Positions 8,973 through 18,341 of a stretch of 50,327 nucleotides of DNA are shown here, piece by piece. The translations under genes were made by a program, and so were the position numbers. Source of the stretch: Deltaproteobacteria bacterium (lineage in GTDB: Bacteria; Myxococcota_A; UBA9160; SMWR01); NCBI GenBank assembly GCA_032128375.1, contig JAQBGU010000114.1, positions 1 to 50,327 of the forward strand, read 5' to 3'. The notes under the pieces were generated by a model. It ran no database searches. It had not been told where the DNA came from and was given only the letters and a program-made list of their open reading frames with translations. The stretch's first letter is position 1; every line of letters starts with the position of its first letter.

Positions 8973-9419
8973 ATGAAGGTGAACACGATTCTGGTTCCCA
9001 CCGACTTCTCGGCTGACGCCGAGAAGGCTCTTTCCACGGCCAGGGGACTAGCAAAGATTTTTGAGGCCAGAATCGTTGTTCTTCACGCCTACCGCGTAGA
9101 CATTCCGATGCTATCGCCGATGGCCGGCGGGTATGCGATTCCGCACGATTTCTACGACGATCTCCGGTCTCATTCGGTCGCACGGGTCGAAAAACTCGCC
9201 AAGGAAATCACCGCCGACGGTATCGAGGCAACCGGAATCGCGATTTTGGAAACGGCTTCGCTCGGCATCGTGGCGCAAGCGCAAAGCCTCCCAGCAGACC
9301 TCATCGTCATGGGCACTCGCGGACTTACCGGACTCAAGAACCTGGTGCTCGGAAGCGTTGCCGAGCGCGTGGTGCGGTTAGCTCCGTGCCCGGTACTGAC
9401 CGTCAAGGCGGCCATCTAG
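8973..9419 (+). CDS. Universal stress protein
   Basis: [37 protein letters not shown]. Confidence 0.95.
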   Translation: MKVNTILVPTDFSADAEKALSTARGLAKIFEARIVVLHAYRVDIPMLSPMAGGYAIPHDFYDDLRSHSVARVEKLAKEITADGIEATGIAILETASLGIVAQAQSLPADLIVMGTRGLTGLKNLVLGSVAERVVRLAPCPVLTVKAAI

Positions 9420-9483
9420 ACGACCCCAAACCCGCCGCCAGTTCGGATTCTCGAGGTGTTCGAACTCGAGAACACAATTCGCC

Positions 9484-10590
9484 TTGGAGCAGCCCGTGCA
9501 GTCGAATGGCCCGAACAACGAAGCGCCGCCGAGGAATCGGTTTCACACGGCTCTCGAGTTTCGAGGTTGGAACCCGTGGTACGTATTGATGGGTGGCTGG
9601 ATGCTCCTCATTCTGGGGCAGTCCTGGTATGAGAGTACCCAGCTGGCGACGATCCCCTACTGCCGGTTCCTCGAGTACCAGCAGGAGGGGCGCGCGAGCG
9701 ATCTCGTGGTTGGCAGCGAGCAGATCACTGGGCGGATCGACGCGCCAGAGCCAGGCCAGCCAGCACGCTTTCGCACGGTACGTGTCGACCCCGAGCTGGC
9801 CGACCGGCTGGATGGTATCGAGTTCACTGGCGCCGTGGAGAATAGCTGGCTCAGTCGGGCGCTCGCGTGGGTTCTACCGATCGGGTTCATCCTCATGTTC
9901 TGGATGTTCCTGCAGCGGCGCCTTGGCCAGGCCGGAGGGCTCGGCGCAGGCATGTCCGTGGGCAAGAGCAAGGCGAAGATCTACGCCGAGGTCGACGAAG
10001 CCAAGGAGGAGTTGAAGGAGATCATCGGCTTTCTGTGCGAGCCGGAGCGTTGCGGCCGACTGGGAGCGCGTCTGCCCAAGGGGATCTTACTCGTGGGGCC
10101 GCCCGGCACGGGCAAGACGCTGCAGGCCCGGGGGGTCGCGGGGGAAGCGGGCGTTCCGTTCTTCTCGATCAGCGGTAGCGAGTTCGTGGAGATGCTCGTG
10201 GAGGTTGGCGCGGCCCGCGTTCGCGATCTCTTCGAGCAGGCGCGCGGGCGAGCACCGTGCATCATCTTCATCGACGAACTCGATGCGATGAGCCGCGCCC
10301 GCGGCATCGGCCCGATGGCCGGTGGTCATGACGAAAAGGAGCAGACCCTCAACCAGCTCCTCTCGGAACTCGACGGCTTCGATCCCAGCCACGGTGTGGT
10401 ACTACTAGCCGCCACGAACCGGCGCGAGATCCTGGACGCCGCGCTGCTGCGCGCCGGACGCTTCGATCGTCAGATCCTGGTCGATCGACCCGACAAGTCC
10501 GCACGATTGGAATTTCTGCAGTTGCACCTGCGAAAAGTGAATCTCGCTCCCGACACCAAGCCAGAATCCATCGCTGCACTTGAAACGACT
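9484..10590 (+). pseudogene. ftsH: Truncated/degenerate FtsH (TM + AAA only, no M41 peptidase)
   Basis: [28 protein letters not shown] retained; segment between KIYAE and VDEAK deleted, GVGA>EVGA, NRP>NRR, no HExxH; similarity stops near 10590. Confidence 0.8.
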
Positions 10591-10629
10591 GGCAGCATGA
10601 GGAGCGCGGCACACCAATGGGGAGAGAGC

Positions 10630-11601
10630 ATGGGCTATCGAACACGGCATGTGGGCATCGCGGCTCAGACTCTGGGAGTCGCGATCGCGCTCACTTTTCT
10701 GATCTCGACAGCGGCCGTCGCGGGCGACGCCGACCCGGCCTTCGCCGAAGAGGAAATGGACGACTGTCTTGATTGTCATGACGAGACCGAGAAGTCCCCG
10801 GTGCTTCCCATTCTGGCGACCGCACATGCCGTCAAGGCCGACGGGCGGACGCCGCTGGCGCAGACGCACGAGTGTCAGACCTGCCACGGCCCGAGCGCCG
10901 CACACGCGGAGGACGAGAACGTCGCGACCTCCATCGTGTTCGGCCCGGAGTCTCCCGCAGCCCCGCAGAACGCGGTCTGCCTGAAATGCCACCAGGGAGG
11001 CGACCGTATCAACTGGCAGGGCAGCGTTCACGCTGCCTCGGACGTTTCGTGTGTCAGCTGCCACAAGGTTCACGTCAAGGAAGACCGGGTAATGATGAAG
11101 AACCGCCGGCCCGACACTCCGGTCATGCGCCCGGCGCAGATGGCTGTCTGTTTCCAGTGTCACCAGGACAAGCGAGCCGAGATTCACAAGGCTTCGTCGC
11201 ATCCGCTGCGGGACGGCCTGATCGGGTGCTCCGACTGTCACAATCCTCACGGCTCGATGGGTCCAACCAATTTGAAGAAGCCTACGCTGAACGAGACCTG
11301 CTACACGTGCCACGCGGAGAAGCGCGGACCCTTCGCGTGGGAGCACGCTCCAGCGGCAGAGGACTGCTCGACTTGCCACACCCCGCACGGGTCGAACCAT
11401 CCGTCATTGCTCACCGCTCGGGTGCCGCAACTCTGCCAACGCTGCCACGCCGAGTCTCGCCACCCGAGCACCGCGTACGCTGGCCCGGACACGCAGGGGA
11501 TGCCGGTGATCGACTTTCATATCGGTTCAAAGGGTTGCCTGAATTGTCACCCCGAAGTGCACGGGTCGAACCATCCGTCCGGTTCGCGGATGTCGCGGTG
11601 A
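10630..11601 (+). CDS. mtrA: Decaheme cytochrome c, DmsE/MtrA/MtoA/PioA family
   Basis: Own RBS (GGAGAG) and signal peptide; ten Cxx[13 protein letters not shown] and C-terminal [11 protein letters not shown] signatures. Confidence 0.93.
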   Translation: MGYRTRHVGIAAQTLGVAIALTFLISTAAVAGDADPAFAEEEMDDCLDCHDETEKSPVLPILATAHAVKADGRTPLAQTHECQTCHGPSAAHAEDENVATSIVFGPESPAAPQNAVCLKCHQGGDRINWQGSVHAASDVSCVSCHKVHVKEDRVMMKNRRPDTPVMRPAQMAVCFQCHQDKRAEIHKASSHPLRDGLIGCSDCHNPHGSMGPTNLKKPTLNETCYTCHAEKRGPFAWEHAPAAEDCSTCHTPHGSNHPSLLTARVPQLCQRCHAESRHPSTAYAGPDTQGMPVIDFHIGSKGCLNCHPEVHGSNHPSGSRMSR

Positions 11602-11643
11602 TGCTGTCATGAAGCGTCAGAGCACTATTTCGGAGACCACAAA

Positions 11644-13944
11644 ATGAGACGACGCGCTTCGATTCGAACGGAAGGTGGAATGCTGGCGAAGATCGCGACT
11701 GCGCTGACCGTCTTTCTACTCGCCGGCGCTGCCTTCGCGAACGACGACGACGCCTCCGCAGATGACCACGCCTACCACGATCTCAGTACGCTCTCGAGTT
11801 CGGCGGAGTTGGGCTTCCTCTACAACAGCACGAACGATGACAAGTTCGGCGACTACACCGGTCTCGACGACAAGGGCTTCTTTGTGTTGGGGAACATCGA
11901 TATCCGTCGGCGCAGCCAGTTCGACGCCGAAGACCCGTACTACTTTCGGCTGCTCGGGCTGAATCTCGGCCTCGATTCCCGCTACGTCGACGCAGAATAC
12001 AAACTGCCCGGTATGTTCGGGCTGTCTTTCGTGTTCGATGAGCTACCGAAATTCCAGACGGATTCGGGCCGCACCCTCTTCCGCGGCGCGGGCTCGGAGT
12101 CTCTGACGCTGCCCAGCGATTGGGTGCAAGGCAATAACGCCTTCGAGATGACGGCGCTCGAATCCGACTTGCGCGACATCCAGATCGACCATGAGCGACG
12201 GATCCTCGGTGGCGGAGCATCGCTGGTGCTGCCGTCCAACCTCGACTTCGACGCCAGCTACACACACGAGACAAAGCGCGGCGAGAAACTCACGGGAGCC
12301 GTCCTCGGAATCAATGGCGGCAACCCGCGCTCGGCAGTCGTGCCCGAAAGGCTCGACTACGTCACACATCAGATTGAGTCGAATCTGCGCTACACCACCG
12401 ATGCGCTGCAGCTTCAGCTGCAGTACTACGGCTCCGGTTTCGACAACGATGCCAACAAGACCCGCTGGGAGAACCCTTACCTGCCCGTATCCGGCGAACC
12501 GCGCGGTAATTGGCCCGACCGCGGCGGCCCGGCCGGCTATCCCGCGGGCCAGAAGGGGCAGATGCCAGACAACTGGTTCCACCAGATTTCCGGTTCGGGA
12601 GGCTTGAACCTGCCATACAACAGCCGCGTCATGCTGAACGCGGCCTTCGGCTGGATGCGTCAGAACGACGACTTCTTGCCGTACACCATCAATCCGAACA
12701 TCAATACTCCGCTCCCCCTGCCGGGAAACGGACTCGACGGAATCGTCAAGACCCGTCTGGTGAAGTTCGAGTTCGTGTCGAATCCGATCCCGAAAGTCGG
12801 CGTGAAGGCCGCCTACCGCTGGAATCAACGCGACAACGATACGTCGGTGGAGAACTACTTCCGGGTTCCGAACGACGTCGGGGATCAGGTTGCCCCCGAA
12901 GATGCCCGGCTCAACCGGCCGTACAGCTTCGAGCACCACCAGGTCGACGCCGACGTGAGCTACGACGTGTTCAAGCGTACCAAGCTGACGGTCATGTACG
13001 CCTGGGATCGCACCAAGCGCAATCGTCAAGAGGTCAAACAGAACGACGAGCACTCGTTCGGCGTGAAGATGGTGAGTAACGCCAGCCGCTACGTCACCGG
13101 CGGTGCCCATTACGAACGCTTCTATCGAACAGGCAGCAGCTACAACTGTGTCAGGCCGCTCATCGTCACGGAAGCCCAACCAGCAGACGACTTGGGGTGT
13201 CCGCGTGAGGCCGGTTCAGGTCTGGTCTTCGAGAATCACCCGTTCATGCGCAAGTACTACATGGCCGACCGGCGTCGCAACGAGGCGCACACATGGCTCA
13301 ATCTGATTCCGATCGGCAGCCTGAACTTCGCGTTCAACGTGCGGTACTCGGACGACGATTATCACAACACGAGATACGGTCTGACGGATCGTAAGGCCTA
13401 CACGCCGGGCGTAGACATCACCTGGATGCCCGCAGACCAGCTGAACTTTCACGCCTTCTACAACTACGACTGGATCGTGTCGAACCAGGACTCGATATCA
13501 TGGTCGGACGACGCGACAGCATTCGACTCGGCAAACCGCTGGACGAGCAAGACCACGGATACCATCCACACAGCGGGCGGGGGAGTCGACATCGATGTCA
13601 TCCCGAATCGGTTGGGCATTGGCGTGGAGTATCTCTTCGCCAAGTCCAGAGGGAAGATCGACACCGATGTCAACGCGGGACTCACCTCAGGGTTGCCCTT
13701 CCCAGACGACAAAACCGAGCTCCATGACATCAGTGTCCACGCGAACCTGCAGATCACGCGAAACCTCTCGACCCGAGTGGGTTACTTGTTCGAGCATTAC
13801 AGTTCGAAGGACTGGCCCATCGATAACATCTGCCCGGCTTGCCTGAGCTTCTCCGGTACCTCCTCGGTAATTGGCTCCGGCGAAGACTCGCCCGACTATC
13901 ACGCCCACGTGGTGTCGTTGTCGATGAAGTGGGAGTTCTGGTAG
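11644..13944 (+). CDS. mtrB: MtrB/PioB-family outer-membrane beta-barrel porin
   Basis: Follows decaheme; KFGDYTGL, LGLDSR, PDNWFHQ, G.M.QNDDFLPYT.N, P.MRKY..ADR.R motifs; C-terminal WEFW; start may be 11680. Confidence 0.92.
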   Translation: MRRRASIRTEGGMLAKIATALTVFLLAGAAFANDDDASADDHAYHDLSTLSSSAELGFLYNSTNDDKFGDYTGLDDKGFFVLGNIDIRRRSQFDAEDPYYFRLLGLNLGLDSRYVDAEYKLPGMFGLSFVFDELPKFQTDSGRTLFRGAGSESLTLPSDWVQGNNAFEMTALESDLRDIQIDHERRILGGGASLVLPSNLDFDASYTHETKRGEKLTGAVLGINGGNPRSAVVPERLDYVTHQIESNLRYTTDALQLQLQYYGSGFDNDANKTRWENPYLPVSGEPRGNWPDRGGPAGYPAGQKGQMPDNWFHQISGSGGLNLPYNSRVMLNAAFGWMRQNDDFLPYTINPNINTPLPLPGNGLDGIVKTRLVKFEFVSNPIPKVGVKAAYRWNQRDNDTSVENYFRVPNDVGDQVAPEDARLNRPYSFEHHQVDADVSYDVFKRTKLTVMYAWDRTKRNRQEVKQNDEHSFGVKMVSNASRYVTGGAHYERFYRTGSSYNCVRPLIVTEAQPADDLGCPREAGSGLVFENHPFMRKYYMADRRRNEAHTWLNLIPIGSLNFAFNVRYSDDDYHNTRYGLTDRKAYTPGVDITWMPADQLNFHAFYNYDWIVSNQDSISWSDDATAFDSANRWTSKTTDTIHTAGGGVDIDVIPNRLGIGVEYLFAKSRGKIDTDVNAGLTSGLPFPDDKTELHDISVHANLQITRNLSTRVGYLFEHYSSKDWPIDNICPACLSFSGTSSVIGSGEDSPDYHAHVVSLSMKWEFW

Positions 13945-14022
13945 ATCGACCCGCAGGCGTACCAGCCCGACGGGTACTAACACTACGCTTGGGAGAAGCA
14001 CACGTTTCAGCGTCGGCCACGA

Positions 14023-15324
14023 CTAAATCAACCTGACCAGCGACCAGGCGGCGCGATCGATCAGCCGCGCCACCCATCCGCGCTTTGCCAGCGCATCGAT
14101 GTCGATGGGCAGAGCGTTCGTGGGCGCTGGTCCGAAATGTTCCCGAATCCAACCAGTGGTGGGATGGCCCTCGACTAGCAGGCTGACTTCGTGGCTGTGA
14201 TACAGGCTCTGGCGGTCGAGGTTAGATGTGCCGATGATCGACAGCCGGTCGTCGAAGGCCGCGACCTTCGCATGCATCATGCGCTCAGCATCCTCGAACA
14301 CGCGAACTCCACAACGGAGCAGCCGCGGAACGAAGGCGCGAGCTGCGCGGCGAAAGATCGGATGATCTGAACGCCCAGCCATCAATATCTCGACGTGAAC
14401 GCCTCGTCGTGCTGCACGCACAAGAGCGTCCAGCACGCCGCGGCCTGGAGCGAAGTAGGGACTCACGAGCAGCACGCTCGACCGCGCCTCATCGAGCCCC
14501 GATATCACGGTGTCGCGCATTCGGCGGCGCTGGTAAACCGGTCCGTCCGCAAGCACCGCCGCGCGCGTCGTCCCGCCCGTGTACTCGATGGCGCCGGCAA
14601 CCGACTGCGTTTCGCAGACAGGCAAAGAATTACCGTCCGTGATGGACACTGCCTCACAGCGTGCCCAACTCTCAGCGAACCGTATCTCGAGTTCGCGGAC
14701 AACACGCCCCTGCACCCTCGCATGAGCGTCGCGCCATGCCGGCGCGCCCCCGACCTCCGCTGCGTATTCGTCGCCGATGTTGAGTCCACCGACGAACCCA
14801 ACGCGGCTGTCCACGACGAGTAGCTTGCGATGATCACGCCGCCGCATGATCCGCGCACGGACAGATCGCCGTAGCGTATTGAACGGCTTCGCCTGCCCGC
14901 CGGCCTGGAGCAGCGGCACCAGCGCGCGGGCGTCGAGAGCATGCGACCCGACCGCGTCGTAGATCAGGCGAACCTGCACGCCAACTCGCGCACGCTCTTC
15001 GAGTGCGCTGAGAAACCGGCGACCGGTCACATCGGCTCGCAGGATGTAGGTTTCCAGGTGAACGCTGCTTTGCGCTCGGCGAATCTCGCTGAGCATCACC
15101 GCAAGACCATCCCTGCCGTTGTCGAACAGGTCGAGCCGGTTGTCGTCCGTGAACTCGATGACGCGGCGACGCACAAAATCTCGGACGACCGCCGGCAGGC
15201 GAGCGAGACGCCGGCGCCGATTGACCGGCGCGCGATCGGCTCGTCGCCGCCTGCTCCGCGGCCTGATGCCGCGCCGGGCGACTGCTCCGGCGCGTTTGAT
15301 CAAGGTAGGCCGTGATCTACTCAA
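14023..15324 (-). CDS. clsB: Cardiolipin synthase, ClsB-like (PLD family)
   Basis: Two HKD motifs (HRKLLVVD, HAKVAAFD), VHLETYI, WRDAH, SPYF.P; no N-terminal TM. Confidence 0.85.
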   Translation of the reverse strand: MSRSRPTLIKRAGAVARRGIRPRSRRRRADRAPVNRRRRLARLPAVVRDFVRRRVIEFTDDNRLDLFDNGRDGLAVMLSEIRRAQSSVHLETYILRADVTGRRFLSALEERARVGVQVRLIYDAVGSHALDARALVPLLQAGGQAKPFNTLRRSVRARIMRRRDHRKLLVVDSRVGFVGGLNIGDEYAAEVGGAPAWRDAHARVQGRVVRELEIRFAESWARCEAVSITDGNSLPVCETQSVAGAIEYTGGTTRAAVLADGPVYQRRRMRDTVISGLDEARSSVLLVSPYFAPGRGVLDALVRAARRGVHVEILMAGRSDHPIFRRAARAFVPRLLRCGVRVFEDAERMMHAKVAAFDDRLSIIGTSNLDRQSLYHSHEVSLLVEGHPTTGWIREHFGPAPTNALPIDIDALAKRGWVARLIDRAAWSLVRLI

Positions 15325-15383
15325 CGGGATTCGCTACTGAGGTCCCATAAGCGGAGGCTCGCCCCTCGGCATATTGTCGCCTG

Positions 15384-15827
15384 TTAGTCGGAGGCCTTGA
15401 CGGCTAGTACCGAGCAGGGGGCGATGCGCAACGTTCGCTCGGCCACGCTTCCGAGTACAAAGTGCTTGAGGCCTGTGTTCCCGCGCGTCCCCATGATGAT
15501 GAGATCGGCGCTGATACTTTCGGCCGTTTGTGCGATTGCCGACGCGGCTGGCGTGTCGGCCAGGTGCGAGTGTACGGTGATGCCCGCCTCGCCTGGCTTC
15601 TTCACCTCTTCGGCCAGCTTCACCGCGGCGGCATTGCGGGTTTCGTCGATGAAGGACTGCGGGAGCGACGCTTCGTACGGCATCATCATCGGCAAGCGCA
15701 ACTCGTAGGCGTGCACGATATGGAGCTCGGCATCCAGTTTGTGCGCCAGTTCGATCGCCGTATCCAGCGCGGCATCTGAGTTCGCGGAAAAATCGACAGC
15801 GACCACAATCGTCTTGATTGGTTTCAC
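15384..15827 (-). CDS. Universal stress protein
   Basis: GGAGG + GTG at 15827; IVVAVDFS..IIMGTRG..LGSVAERTLRIAPCSVL. Confidence 0.93.
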   Translation of the reverse strand: MKPIKTIVVAVDFSANSDAALDTAIELAHKLDAELHIVHAYELRLPMMMPYEASLPQSFIDETRNAAAVKLAEEVKKPGEAGITVHSHLADTPAASAIAQTAESISADLIIMGTRGNTGLKHFVLGSVAERTLRIAPCSVLAVKASD

Positions 15828-15946
15828 AGGTAGCCTCCATGGCCTCGGTCGGAATGGTCCGACCGGGGTCATGGTACAAGATCGATGTGGAAAAACTCCG
15901 ACCGGGAGTACCGCGGCTGGTCATCCAACACCCGCGAAACACCACT

Positions 15947-16283
15947 TCATTCGACCGGAGATACGAAGTCTTCCGGCTTGACGGTCAAGAGCGAACACTC
16001 GGCGCAATGGAACACGCGTTCTGAGCTGTTTCCCAGCAACTGGCCAGGGCGTCCCGTTCTCGACAGGCTCCCCATTACGAGCAGGTTCGGGTTTGGCCGT
16101 CTCAATGTCGCGGAGATTGCATTGGGGGTTCGGACGTGAAGTGCAGCCATGTGTGGACGTTCTCATCCGCGAATTCGTGTGAGGTTGACTCCGACGAACC
16201 GCTCGGCGCGAGCCCAGACAGATATTGCGACCGTCGGGCTCGAGATCGATTCCGACAGCAATTCGCGTATATCGATGCCGCGT
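15947..16283 (-). pseudogene. Collapsed tandem-USP (UspE-like) relic
   Basis: N-terminal RYTRIAVGIDL after GGGAG with ACG in place of ATG; C-terminal LLVMGS..LLGNSSERV..CSLLTVKPEDF in another frame; middle missing. Confidence 0.7.
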
Positions 16284-16336
16284 GCTTGCTCCCGCCCCTC
16301 GCTTGCGCTCGAAAGTCAGCTCGGTTGGAGTGAATC

Positions 16337-16352
16337 TGCACGAGCTGTGCCA
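16337..16352 (-). promoter_or_regulatory. Sigma-54 promoter
   Basis: TGGCACAGCTCGTGCA on minus strand, upstream of usp'-usp-clsB. Confidence 0.7.
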
Positions 16353-16552
16353 GGAGATTTGCGGTGCGCGGACTGCGCCAGAGCCATCAGCCCGAGCCGA
16401 CGGCGAGTGGAAATCGGCAAGAAATGTGTAATTATGCCACAATGGTGTGTCAAAACGGCCCAATCATCGATGCTTCGAAGCGGAGCGGCGACGACTCGGG
16501 TGTGCAGGCGGCGGCTCCGGCCTTCGTCCAACGAGAGGGGAAAATCGCCTGC

Positions 16553-16568
16553 TGGCATGCGGTGTGCA
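16553..16568 (+). promoter_or_regulatory. Sigma-54 promoter
   Basis: TGGCATGCGGTGTGCA, 24 nt before ATG 16593. Confidence 0.68.
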
Positions 16569-16592
16569 CTCCCACTGAACACTGGAGGGTCC

Positions 16593-18209
16593 ATGGACGA
16601 TCGAATTGATCCACTGGTTTGGCAAGACCTCGGGCAGCCGAGCGCGTATCCGTCAGACCGCACAGCCGACCGAGGCGTGAAGTCGATACAGACCCATATT
16701 TCACACGTCTTTCTGACGGTTGATCGGGTCTACAAATTCCGCAGACCTGTAGATCTTGGTTTCGTCCGGTTCGCAACCCGCGACGAACGCAATTCCGACT
16801 GCTGTCGTGAACTCGAGTTCAATCGCCGACTGGCGCCCGATGTCTACTTGGGCATTGCGCCGCTGATGTTTGACGGTACTCACCATTGGGTTGGTTCGCT
16901 GTCGGGCGAAGGCTCGCTGTACTCACCGACTCATGAACATTGCGTTGTGATGCGCAGGTTGCCCGATGGTCGGGATGCACGATCGCTGCTCGAGCGGGGC
17001 GAGCTCTTCCCGCAGCAGATCGACCGGCTCGCGGAGACGGTTGCCGGTTTCCACGGTAGCCACGGTCTCGGTGCGGCCCCCTTCACTGCCCACGAGTGGC
17101 GGGCGCGGGCCATTGACCCGGTGGAAGACACCCTGGGCCATCTCGCGGCGACGTGGGACGGTCACCCGCTATCGAATCCAATCCGTCAGACGCTGAAGGC
17201 GATTCGCGAATTCCCGGAGATACATGGCAACCTGCTCGATCGCCGCCGTGTCGCGGGATGCGTGATCGACGGGCACGGTGATCTGCACCTCGATCACATC
17301 TGGTTCGAGCAAGACGATTCGCAACCACTCATCATCGACTGCATCGAGTTCAACGAAGCCCTGCGCAGAATCGATGCGGCGTCCGAGGTCGCCTTCCCGG
17401 CGATGGATCTGACCTATCGCGGGAGGCGCGATCTAGCCGAACGCTTCGTCGGCCGGTATGCACGCGAAACCGATGATTACGATCTCTATTCGGTCGTGGA
17501 TTTCTTCATCGGCTATCGCGCCGCTGTTCGCGCGAAGGTTGCATCGATCGTGGCGAAGGACCCCACGATCGACGCGTCCCAGCGAATTCGGGCCGAGGGC
17601 AGCGCGAGCCGTCACGTGGAGCTGGCGGCCGAAGCCGTCGGGAGCCGCAATTCGGGCGCACTCGTGCTGGTCAGCGGGCTGGTCGGATCGGGAAAGAGCA
17701 GAGTCGCCGAGACCCTGGCTGATCAAGTGGATGGTGTCGTGATCAGTTCGGATCGTGTGCGGAAACGGATCTCCGGACTGTCGTCGAATCAACATGTTGC
17801 CGTCGCCACTGATGCGGGTATCTACGCGCCCGAGGTCAGCGAACGTGTCTACTCGGGAATGCTGGATCGCGCGTGCCCGATCCTCGAATCGGGGAGAGTT
17901 GCGATCCTCGATGCAACGTTTGGCCTGCGGCGACACCGCTCGCTCGCGGTCGATCTGGCGCACAAGGCGGGAGCCACGGTCTACCTGCTCGAGGCCCGTT
18001 GTCCGGCGGAGGTTGCACTAGACCGGCTCGCACGTCGACAGGCGACTGGAAGTGACCCCTCCGATGCGGGTCCGGACTTCTACGCGACCAGTGTCGCGCG
18101 GTTCGAGCCCGCCAAAGGAGAGATGCACCTGGATGTCATTCGCACCGATCGCGACAACTGGCAGGAGTCGCTCGGCGAAATTACAGCGGACGTCCGAACT
18201 CGATCCTAG
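16593..18209 (+). CDS. Bifunctional phosphotransferase / P-loop kinase (Rv2004c-like)
   Basis: GGAGGG RBS; QTHISHVFL, HGDLHL, DCIEFN; GLVGSGKS, SSDRVRK, ILDATF, SDA. Confidence 0.9.
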   Translation: MDDRIDPLVWQDLGQPSAYPSDRTADRGVKSIQTHISHVFLTVDRVYKFRRPVDLGFVRFATRDERNSDCCRELEFNRRLAPDVYLGIAPLMFDGTHHWVGSLSGEGSLYSPTHEHCVVMRRLPDGRDARSLLERGELFPQQIDRLAETVAGFHGSHGLGAAPFTAHEWRARAIDPVEDTLGHLAATWDGHPLSNPIRQTLKAIREFPEIHGNLLDRRRVAGCVIDGHGDLHLDHIWFEQDDSQPLIIDCIEFNEALRRIDAASEVAFPAMDLTYRGRRDLAERFVGRYARETDDYDLYSVVDFFIGYRAAVRAKVASIVAKDPTIDASQRIRAEGSASRHVELAAEAVGSRNSGALVLVSGLVGSGKSRVAETLADQVDGVVISSDRVRKRISGLSSNQHVAVATDAGIYAPEVSERVYSGMLDRACPILESGRVAILDATFGLRRHRSLAVDLAHKAGATVYLLEARCPAEVALDRLARRQATGSDPSDAGPDFYATSVARFEPAKGEMHLDVIRTDRDNWQESLGEITADVRTRS

Positions 18210-18341
18210 GTAGGAGCCCGACCCAAGCTGCGTCGCGCGACGACGTGGAAGCCTTCGCCGCGCAGCGGCAAACGCGCTCCTAGCTCTGAGATCCTCAGGA
18301 GTTCTTTGTCGGAGCGTCGGCCCGATATCTTGGGTCTAGGT

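Noticed and set aside
9448..9472. 8-bp inverted repeat after usp as a terminator
   Set aside because: Short stem and no U-tract
9484..11601. Functional FtsH-decaheme fusion as the primary call
   Set aside because: FtsH part is degenerate and mtrA has its own RBS and signal peptide; kept only as an alternative
16149..16592. 148-aa N-terminal extension of the Rv2004c-like ORF
   Set aside because: Spans divergent promoters; good RBS and ATG at 16593
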